Below, in pieces: positions 56,625-64,000 of a DNA stretch of 64,000 nucleotides; positions within the stretch are counted from its first letter, which is position 1; each line of letters opens with the position of its first letter. The DNA is from a virus. The notes beneath the pieces are model-generated. The model was given only the letters and a program-made list of their open reading frames with translations. It made no database searches and was not told the DNA's origin. Where the stretch lies: positions 12,074 through 76,073 of IMG/VR virus record IMGVR_UViG_3300017759_003727; one strand, written 5' to 3'. A program made the position numbers and the translations under genes.

Positions 56625-56957
56625 ATGTATAATTCATTATTTAACACTATATTTAACGACTCGTATGATTCATTTGGAAGTTTTAAAACTGACAGTGTAA
56701 AGTCTGCGGGTGATGTGTATCAAGTTAATCTAATTTTACCAGGTATTAAAAGAAAAGACTTGTCCTTAAAAGCTACCGAAAAACATTTATCTATCTTCCT
56801 TAAACAAGAAGATGATAAAGAGCAGTTATATAGGAAAGTAACACTTGGTGGTTTAGTTGATACAAAAACAATCTCCTCAAAGCTTGAAGATGGGATACTT
56901 GAAATTACTCTTCCAAAAAAAGAAGTTCAAGACTCTATTCAAATTGAGGTCAAATAA
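56625..56957 (+). CDS. Small heat-shock protein (Hsp20)
   Basis: YQVNLILPGIKRKDLSL; VDTKTISSKLEDGILEITLPKK. Confidence 0.88.
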   Translation: MYNSLFNTIFNDSYDSFGSFKTDSVKSAGDVYQVNLILPGIKRKDLSLKATEKHLSIFLKQEDDKEQLYRKVTLGGLVDTKTISSKLEDGILEITLPKKEVQDSIQIEVK

Positions 56958-56964
56958 ACGGCTT

Positions 56965-57005
56965 GGCCCTCTGTATGTGTAAAAACATATAGGGGGTCAT
57001 TTTTT
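56965..57005 (+). terminator. Hairpin terminator after hsp20, with GTGTAA in the loop
   Basis: 14-bp stem GGCCCTCTGTATGT / ACATATAGGGGGTC (3 G-U pairs) followed by ATTTTTT. Confidence 0.7.
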
Positions 57006-57025
57006 AAAAAAATTAAAATAAATTT

Positions 57026-57439
57026 ATGCCATTATACTTATACGAAAACAAAGAAACCGAAGAGGTTGTAGAGATCCTACAGAGCATGTCTGAGGTTCAC
57101 GAGTATCATGGCATAGATGGAACAGAGAAAGGCCTCTGGAGGCGTGTTTTTGTCAATCCTAACGTATCTGTAGATACAAAAGTTGATCCGTTTAACAAAC
57201 AATCCTTTATTCAATCAACTGTTGGAAAAAATGACACTTATGGGGATTTACAAAATAGAGCAGCAGAAGCATCGCAAGCTAGAGCTCAAAGATATGATGG
57301 TAAAGACCCAGTAAAAGAATCGTATTACAAAGATTACCACAAGAAAACAAATGGTAAATTACACCCACATCAACAAAAAGAGCGATTCAATAAAGCTAAA
57401 GAAAAAGCAAATAAAGCTGGTATAAATATAGAGTTATAA
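57026..57439 (+). CDS. FmdB-like protein
   Basis: MPLYLYENKETEEVVEILQSM...WRRVF matches the FmdB-like N-terminus, but the Zn-ribbon cysteines are absent. Confidence 0.65.
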   Translation: MPLYLYENKETEEVVEILQSMSEVHEYHGIDGTEKGLWRRVFVNPNVSVDTKVDPFNKQSFIQSTVGKNDTYGDLQNRAAEASQARAQRYDGKDPVKESYYKDYHKKTNGKLHPHQQKERFNKAKEKANKAGINIEL

Positions 57440-57446
57440 AAAAACT

Positions 57447-60400
57447 CTATTGAATACCTCCATTCCAATAATTTAAGGTATTTGCATATATGCTATATGC
57501 TTCGGTAAGATCTGTATTACCCAAGTCGGCTATATTTTGATTGTCTTCTTTTTCTGTAAAAAAATTACCAGAACTCATCAATAGTTCTGATATCGCAAAC
57601 CTGCCAAAATATCTTTGGGAATTATTTATCTTTGCCGCACCTAATGCATCGAAACCCTGTACACTGTCTTGTTTATAAGAGTTAAGGTGCATTTGTAGAG
57701 TTCCTGTTGAAAAAAAGAAATTAGCATCATAATGCCCACTATTTGTTCCGTCTTGCGAGCATTCCAGCCCATTTATGTAATAACGCCCAGTTTCTCTTTT
57801 TCCCACATTTCCATCTGCTGATATTTGATAAGCACTTCTGTCGTGAGAGAAAAATATATAAGAAGAAGATTCTTGATTTAACTGCCCTAAAATTGTATTG
57901 ACATCATTAGTTGATTGACTTTGGTTAATAATTCTAATAGCATAGTTCTGTTCTTTTGTTTGTATATTTTCCGAAAACTTCATATATGTGCCAGTTGAAT
58001 CTGGTTGTCCGCCGTGTCTTGCTGTATCAAAACTTATACCACTTTGCATAAATGAACCTCCGCTATGTAATATTGGGAAATAAAGTGGATCTATTCCTGT
58101 TGTTATTAAATTAACACCACCAAATTGATCATACCACGTTTCAACTTGTATTGCTGTCGAAACAGGATATAACTGACTAAATTTATTTATTTCAGAACGT
58201 GGCTCTTGTTCAATTCTAGAATCATCACTAATTTTACCACTTACATCATAGAACACATTAGCTTCTATACCTAAATCTGTTCTTACTTTCATTGCTGGCC
58301 CATTATAAAAAGGATTTACCTTCCTAAGTGAGTATCCATGAGAAATACCACTTGTGCTAATTGGATTTAATCCAGAAGGTATAGAGACGTCTGTAATATC
58401 AAAAGAAAACTGCATTTCAGACCCTGCTTGATTTCCTATTGATGAACTCAAATTAACAGACTCTAAAACAGCATTGGAAATAACCTTGTTCCAGTCATTG
58501 TTAAAAGTTATATTTAAATCATAATTTTCTCCCTGTGTGACATATTGATTAGTGGAGCTATTAACCCCTTCATTATGTATATCCGAAACCTTTGTATTTA
58601 CCGTTAAATTACCTCTTGTTGGTAAAATGCTTTTTCTATCTACAGGGTACGTTTTTCCTATTCCTCCTATCTTCTGTCTTCCCACAGGTATATTTATGTC
58701 AAAACTTTGAATTAAATCTGGCTTTACAAAAAATACTCCCGTATCATTACCTCTACCTCTGATTGTTAAGGAAGTATTTCTAGCCGTGTAAATTTCACCA
58801 GAGTTGTAAACTTCGTAATTTGTTGGATATTTATCAAATATTCCAGTTGTGTTTTTTAGCTGATTACTTCCTGTAATATCTATAGCTGGTGTGTCAAATC
58901 TAATATCAGACATTTTCTTCACAGATAAGTCATGAATAAAAACAGACCCACGAGTTTTTGAACTATTTGGAATTTCATTGGAAACTGCGTTATTTCCAAC
59001 AGTTATACTTGCCGAACTAGATCTGTGAAAAAGTATTCTTTCATCATCGCCAACAAAACCACTACCACTAAATGGCAACACTCCAGTTTGAGCACCACTA
59101 TAAAACATAGGTGTATAATTAAATCTTGTACCACTTTCATTAATATCTCGACGAGGCGATGATGTCATAATGGTATTTATATTGAAATTAATAGGAGATT
59201 GACTGCAAAAATGCGAATGAGCGAAGCTACCAATGTCTCCAGTAAATCCAGTAAAAGCAAAGCCACTTATATTAGCAACTAAATTAGGAAAACTTTCATT
59301 TGTTGGAGCATTTGTACTTCCCCATCGACACAACCAAGGGTGAGTAGCCCTGTCTAAAGAATATTGAGTAGGGTCGAAATCACTGTCTGCAAAATACCAA
59401 TAAGATTGAAATCCAGTTTTTAATTGGGCTGAAGTTGGAGTTACTCCATCAGTAGTAAATACAGCGAATTGTAAATCATGAGTAGGGGCATCAAAAGCCA
59501 TACTTTGATATTTAACACTATGAGTCTCTCCAGGAGTTCCAGAATATTTTCCAGATAAATTTTGATCAGTATCTCCACCTCCACCTACTGGATTATTTCC
59601 ATCAATAAAAATATTATCACTACCACCACCATAAGGCGTGATACTAAATCCAGTTACTTTTTCAGCTAAGTTTTGTGTGCCCGTAATCGAATATGTTCCA
59701 CTAACCATATAAACTCCGCCACCACTAAATCCACTCAAACCTATCGAAAAAAGATCTCCCGCATCATTTATTTCAAGTGCTTTATCACCATCTACATCGC
59801 TTATAAAAAGTTTACCGCCTGCAAATTCCGAGGCTAGTAAATAACCAGTTCCTTCTGTTCCGTTAATGACTCCATTAACATTGTCGTTATTATGTATAGT
59901 ACTAGCACTAACAGTAAGATCTTCAAAGTCATGAAAATATACTAAATTCTCACTATCGGTTATATCAGTATTAACCTGTATGGGATTTTGAGCTTCAAGA
60001 TTAGAGCCAACAAAACTATATTGTGAGGTTAGTAAACCATTAACAGATTGAGACATTGAAATATTTGTTAAAAACATATTTCCAAAACCTATCATATCTA
60101 AGCCTGTTATGTCTTTGAATTTGTTAAAAGCAATTTTATTAGTATAAGCTGATACGCTTGGCGTTAATTCGGTTCCCAATTTATTATTTAACAAAACATA
60201 AAAATTACAATCTGCATCAATGTGTTTTTTTTCAAACATTCTAGCGTCTAAAAAGGTTTTCCACATATCGCCAAAATCTTCAATCGTATTTACTGTTAAA
60301 TTAACATCTGGCGATTTTATTTTTTGATTCAAAATAGATCTTTGACTTGAAATAGACTGAGTTGTTTCAGACCCTACATCTATTGAAAAATTTATACCTT

Positions 60401-60518
60401 GAACTTTTTGTATAAACTTTAAATTATCTCCAGCATTAGAACCAGACACATAAGCGCCTGTATTGCTTTTAAACAAAGCTACATCTTGATATTGTACTGT
60501 TGGTCTATTTTGTCTCAT
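57447..60518 (-). CDS. Large virion protein: tail-tube-like N/C halves with inserted domain and C-terminal lectin-like domain
   Basis: FIQKVQGINFSIDV...SPDVNLTVN and IQSFDINIPVGRQKIGGIG...LPTRGNLTV tube-like segments; GYSLRKVNPFYNGPAMKVRTD lectin-like motif; downstream of TMP and gpM-like genes. Confidence 0.55.
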   Translation of the reverse strand: MRQNRPTVQYQDVALFKSNTGAYVSGSNAGDNLKFIQKVQGINFSIDVGSETTQSISSQRSILNQKIKSPDVNLTVNTIEDFGDMWKTFLDARMFEKKHIDADCNFYVLLNNKLGTELTPSVSAYTNKIAFNKFKDITGLDMIGFGNMFLTNISMSQSVNGLLTSQYSFVGSNLEAQNPIQVNTDITDSENLVYFHDFEDLTVSASTIHNNDNVNGVINGTEGTGYLLASEFAGGKLFISDVDGDKALEINDAGDLFSIGLSGFSGGGVYMVSGTYSITGTQNLAEKVTGFSITPYGGGSDNIFIDGNNPVGGGGDTDQNLSGKYSGTPGETHSVKYQSMAFDAPTHDLQFAVFTTDGVTPTSAQLKTGFQSYWYFADSDFDPTQYSLDRATHPWLCRWGSTNAPTNESFPNLVANISGFAFTGFTGDIGSFAHSHFCSQSPINFNINTIMTSSPRRDINESGTRFNYTPMFYSGAQTGVLPFSGSGFVGDDERILFHRSSSASITVGNNAVSNEIPNSSKTRGSVFIHDLSVKKMSDIRFDTPAIDITGSNQLKNTTGIFDKYPTNYEVYNSGEIYTARNTSLTIRGRGNDTGVFFVKPDLIQSFDINIPVGRQKIGGIGKTYPVDRKSILPTRGNLTVNTKVSDIHNEGVNSSTNQYVTQGENYDLNITFNNDWNKVISNAVLESVNLSSSIGNQAGSEMQFSFDITDVSIPSGLNPISTSGISHGYSLRKVNPFYNGPAMKVRTDLGIEANVFYDVSGKISDDSRIEQEPRSEINKFSQLYPVSTAIQVETWYDQFGGVNLITTGIDPLYFPILHSGGSFMQSGISFDTARHGGQPDSTGTYMKFSENIQTKEQNYAIRIINQSQSTNDVNTILGQLNQESSSYIFFSHDRSAYQISADGNVGKRETGRYYINGLECSQDGTNSGHYDANFFFSTGTLQMHLNSYKQDSVQGFDALGAAKINNSQRYFGRFAISELLMSSGNFFTEKEDNQNIADLGNTDLTEAYSIYANTLNYWNGGIQ

Positions 60519-60519
60519 T

Positions 60520-62511
60520 TTAATAAGTGTAATAAAAAATCTTTCCAGTTGTGTCTACATCTGCGTATTGTGGAAATATATCTGCGTCTCTTTGGAAATT
60601 GGACGTATTTCCCCAGAGATCAAAATAACCAGTATGACTGCTTACTAAAAAATTTCCAGTTTTTACGCTTAAAACATATTCGACTCCACTATATCTACTA
60701 ATAATGTTTGTGTTACCTAGAAATGAATCCGTTCCCACAGCAAAGGTAGACCAATATTGATAAGTTTGATTACTGCCGTCTTGCCCTACTTCAAGTTGTT
60801 TTTCATCAAAAACATTTTCCCACCCAATTTTATTCCATAAAACAGGATAAAAAGTATAAGTTCCACTAGGTGGTTGATTTTGATAAAACAAAGTTTCAGT
60901 TCCTCTTTGAAATGTGCCCGAAGCTACACCAGATTGATACAAACCAATATCATCAAAACCTCTACCAGGGTGAAAATCAAAAGTTGATAAAGTATTAACA
61001 TTATGATAGTTCCCAGAGGGATCAATAACATATAAATCAAGATCTGGCCCTCCATCGGTCTGAAAAGGGAATCTTCTACCGTCTTCTCCAGTTTTACTAA
61101 GATTAGTCCACTTTAATTCAAAAGCCAAATTTCCAGTCGTTGTTTTTTCAAAATTTTCATTAAACTGAATACCAGAAGGCTCTCTAACAGGTAAATCTCT
61201 TTCTAAACTTATTTTATCAGACTTATGAATAATATCTATTGTTCCTGGGTTTCCCTCTGGCAAGGTATATTGCCCAGTCCAACGTTCTGTTATTAACACA
61301 TTACCGTCTTCCGTAATTAATCTTAACTCAGACCTATCGTGTATAAAATTTCTATACTGTACAACTTCTTTTAAGTTAACAGATATTCTGTTGTTGTTTT
61401 TGTATACAAATTCATGAATGAAAGAGTTTACTACAAAATATTTATCCTTCTTATATAGTTGCGGTAAATTTATTTTAAAAGGTTGTTTGTTCCCCTTTTT
61501 TTCTAAAAAATGTATCAATGCTATAGTTTCTTTGTCTGATCTATTTGAGAAATTTAAATTAAAATCTTCTAAAATATTTTTATTACTGTCTAAGTTTTGA
61601 CTCTCTAAAATAGAATTGGCAAATTTAAGATTATTCATCTTGTCACTTTGTGAAAAAGTCACTTGATCGTCTGGAGTAAATATAGTAGAAAAATCCTGGC
61701 TCCAAAGTAATCCAGACATAGTTTCTGGATTAGTGTCAGTAGCAAAGGGATGTGCAGTTGGACTATCATCAATGTCATTTTGAGCAAAAGAAGTTCCTGC
61801 TGCATAATCTCTACGAGCATACCAAAAATTATTAAATTCATTTTCGTCTTCTAAATCTTCATTATACAATTTTCCTGTCCAATGTACGATATCAAACCTT
61901 TTAGGAAATTTGACCTGCAATCCAAAAGCACTAAATAACCAAGTTGGAGCTAACTGAGATGGTACTACTGAATTTCCTACCTCAGATAATATAGAAGACC
62001 CAGACCAATTAGTAAAAGGAACTTCCCTGTTGCTTTTTAAATTTAAATTAAAATCAAACAAGCCTTCGTGCTCTCTTATATCATAGTTCATAACAGAAAG
62101 ACCAGAAAATTGTTTATATATTCCAGTTGGAAATTTTATAGATGCAGTTCCAGGTGGCCCTAAACCATCACCCGAAGGCCTGTATCCATCTGTGAAATTT
62201 AAAAGGTATTTTTGCTCTCCACTAAATAGAGGACCTTCATTAAGGCCAGTACTGATGCCCGTACTTATTGATTCAATTATCCCTAAAAAAGCGTTTGCCT
62301 CTCTTTCGCTTCTATTTGTGAAATTTAAACTAAAATCTATGTTAAAATTGTTTAAGTTTTTATTAACTCTTCTCCTATAATAGTCCGCAGTATATACATC
62401 ATTCCCTTCAAAATTAAAAGTCACCATTGTCCCATATTCTGGAATCAGAGTATCAGTAAATATTACTGGACTGTGGCTTGCATCTCTATTATATAAAGCT
62501 AAATCCTTCAT
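60520..62511 (-). CDS. Minor tail protein with two gpM-like domains and a C-terminal YfaP/DUF2135-like domain
   Basis: FSLNFTNRSEREANAFL and FNLNFSNRSDKETIALIHFLEKKG (gpM-like twice); LAFELKW...DLDLYVIDPSG...PPSGTYTF; follows the TMP gene. Confidence 0.65.
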   Translation of the reverse strand: MKDLALYNRDASHSPVIFTDTLIPEYGTMVTFNFEGNDVYTADYYRRRVNKNLNNFNIDFSLNFTNRSEREANAFLGIIESISTGISTGLNEGPLFSGEQKYLLNFTDGYRPSGDGLGPPGTASIKFPTGIYKQFSGLSVMNYDIREHEGLFDFNLNLKSNREVPFTNWSGSSILSEVGNSVVPSQLAPTWLFSAFGLQVKFPKRFDIVHWTGKLYNEDLEDENEFNNFWYARRDYAAGTSFAQNDIDDSPTAHPFATDTNPETMSGLLWSQDFSTIFTPDDQVTFSQSDKMNNLKFANSILESQNLDSNKNILEDFNLNFSNRSDKETIALIHFLEKKGNKQPFKINLPQLYKKDKYFVVNSFIHEFVYKNNNRISVNLKEVVQYRNFIHDRSELRLITEDGNVLITERWTGQYTLPEGNPGTIDIIHKSDKISLERDLPVREPSGIQFNENFEKTTTGNLAFELKWTNLSKTGEDGRRFPFQTDGGPDLDLYVIDPSGNYHNVNTLSTFDFHPGRGFDDIGLYQSGVASGTFQRGTETLFYQNQPPSGTYTFYPVLWNKIGWENVFDEKQLEVGQDGSNQTYQYWSTFAVGTDSFLGNTNIISRYSGVEYVLSVKTGNFLVSSHTGYFDLWGNTSNFQRDADIFPQYADVDTTGKIFYYTY

Positions 62512-64000
62512 CGAGTATACAATCCTCCACCTGGTCTAGATTCTTCACCAACAATAGTTACAACAGCTTGCCTTATTCTTTTTGTGAAATTAGTTTCTGA
62601 ATCTCCTTTACCAGATGTTCTAGTAGATGATTCGCCACCATCTCCTCCACCACTTGATGATATATTAAATGAAAGATTTATATTGTTTTGAACTCCGCCA
62701 CTAGAACTACTTGAACTTACTGAAGAACCAGAACTTACAGACCCACTATTTATTTTTTCCATTGTGCCTCTTCCATATTTTTCGACAGCAGATCTTCTCA
62801 TGACAAACTCACCTCCTGTTAGAAGTGCTGGGACATCATCTATCATACCTCCACCTCCAGAAACCGCACCACCTACTGAATATCTTCTTGGAATAAATCC
62901 GCCTAAATTTGCTGTGTTTACGCCTCCATCACCTCCACCAAGCGCGCCAAAGGCAGAATTTAATATAGTATCTGTAAGATTATTTGCGGCTCTTTGAATA
63001 AATGCTTTTTGAATTGTTTGCAAGAAATCATTTGCTATACTTTTAAGGGAATCCCCCAAGTCTTTACTCCCATCTAGCGCCTGCATGAATGCATCTGTTA
63101 ATCCATCAGAAAGTTGAGCTGGTAACGATTTTCCTAAATTTTCCATTATTAATTCAGAGTCTTTTCTCATCTCTTTCATAGACTCTCTTGCGCCTGCCAT
63201 TATTTGTTGTAAATCACTTTGTTTACCCATAACAGGTACTGAAGCTATTGAACCTGGACTACCTATATCTTTAGCAAACGTATTGATGCCCTTAAGCATG
63301 TTTGATTGTATTTTTGTTTTTTCTTCTTTAGTAATACCATCTGTTGCAAAAGCCTTCGCTGCAGCAGATAAACCATCTGTTAACACCTGGTTTATCTCGT
63401 TAGTTATTTTTGTTTTAAATTCGGTAGATTTGTTTTCGTCTGATCTAATATTTTGTGTAGCATATTGTTCAAAAATTTGTTGAACAGAAGGTAAAGCTTC
63501 AATTATTTTAAGAAATGGTTCTAAATCCTTTTCTGTTATTGATATTACTTCTTCTTTTGTTCTTGTAACATTAGATTTAACTAACGACGATGGCATCATA
63601 CCAGGCCCACCTGCAGATCCGAACATTATTTGTTGCGCAACCTTGTTATCGTCTATTGTCCCAACAGCAAGTGTTCTTGTTATATTTTTTTGCAATTCAG
63701 CGAAAGAAGGTATATCAAATCCTTTTGTTCTTCCTAATGCTATTTGACCTCCAGTTTTTGCTGATACATTCTCGGCAGATGAAATTTGCTCACCCAACAT
63801 CTGTAATTCATATTGTTGCGAGAACTGAGCTAAATCACCTCCTCTTAATGATTCAGTTAAACTTGTGTTTATTTTTATTTGTTTATTTAAATCACTTACG
63901 TTTCCAAATAAAGTAGCCACAATTCCCTTACCGTTGTTAAATGTCTTCATTAACCCATCTGCGGCACCAGTTAAACCTACTAATACACCAACCGCTATAC
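62508..64000 (-). CDS. Tail tape measure protein, C-terminal part (frame open to the window edge)
   Basis: LTDAFMQALDGSKDLGDSLKSIANDFL...GGFIPRRYSVGGAV...DDVPALLTGGEFVMRRSAVEKYG; no stop in frame between 63950 and 64000. Confidence 0.88.
   Translation of the reverse strand, partial: IAVGVLVGLTGAADGLMKTFNNGKGIVATLFGNVSDLNKQIKINTSLTESLRGGDLAQFSQQYELQMLGEQISSAENVSAKTGGQIALGRTKGFDIPSFAELQKNITRTLAVGTIDDNKVAQQIMFGSAGGPGMMPSSLVKSNVTRTKEEVISITEKDLEPFLKIIEALPSVQQIFEQYATQNIRSDENKSTEFKTKITNEINQVLTDGLSAAAKAFATDGITKEEKTKIQSNMLKGINTFAKDIGSPGSIASVPVMGKQSDLQQIMAGARESMKEMRKDSELIMENLGKSLPAQLSDGLTDAFMQALDGSKDLGDSLKSIANDFLQTIQKAFIQRAANNLTDTILNSAFGALGGGDGGVNTANLGGFIPRRYSVGGAVSGGGGMIDDVPALLTGGEFVMRRSAVEKYGRGTMEKINSGSVSSGSSVSSSSSSGGVQNNINLSFNISSSGGGDGGESSTRTSGKGDSETNFTKRIRQAVVTIVGEESRPGGGLYTR

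Noticed and set aside
24590-60532. GTGTAA copies not followed by a start (near 24590, inside hsp20 near 56695, antisense near 60527)
   Set aside because: A hexamer like this is expected dozens of times by chance in 64 kb of AT-rich DNA; only the fixed spacing to ATG is informative
62640-62760. Ser/Gly low-complexity run near the TMP C-terminus (SSGSSVSSSSSSGG)
   Set aside because: Ordinary flexible linker, not a DNA repeat element; not counted as sequon evidence
692-63916. Many short ORFs antisense to or nested in long genes (e.g. 692-907, 4434-4700, 10174-10413, 25857-26138, 48073-48624, 62764-62997)
   Set aside because: Shadow frames of well-supported genes, with no motifs or promoter geometry
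1-64000. tRNA/rRNA genes or stop-codon reassignment
   Set aside because: Intergenic gaps are too short or lack cloverleaf features, and known proteins translate full length in the standard code

Overview
This 64-kb window is a gene-dense, AT-rich segment of a large tailed dsDNA phage. The lambda-like tail genes point to a long non-contractile tail. A DUF4032-like small gene weakly suggests a Verrucomicrobia host. The main blocks are: (i) tail genes in two separated, oppositely oriented blocks (gpL-gpK-gpI-gpJ at 7-16 kb on +; tape measure, gpM-like and tail-tube-like genes at 57-64 kb on -; fibre-like genes at 3.9-6.5 kb); (ii) a bacterial-type replisome (DnaE split from its PHP domain, DnaQ, primase, DnaB, RecA, SSB, RNR, dNMP kinase); (iii) a ~13-kb nucleotide-sugar/glycosylation island (35.4-48.8 kb) with most of an ADP-heptose pathway, plus further glycosyltransferases; (iv) a phage sigma factor, Hsp20, a D1-only Clp ATPase ending in IGF, and a beta-barrel outer-membrane protein. 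The best candidate for an undescribed system is virion Ser/Thr-Gly O-glycosylation (possibly heptosylation): several structural proteins are strongly enriched in S/T-G dipeptides, and the phage encodes both donor synthesis and a GT9 transferase split over two genes. A second signal is a two-class promoter system (TTGAC-N16/17-[T/C]AnnnT and a -35-less GTGTAA[A/T]) that mostly places the ATG about 7 nt after the -10 box, implying leaderless mRNAs. I saw no tRNA, rRNA, CRISPR array, intein or transposase. All family assignments come from motif recognition by eye; no database searches were run.
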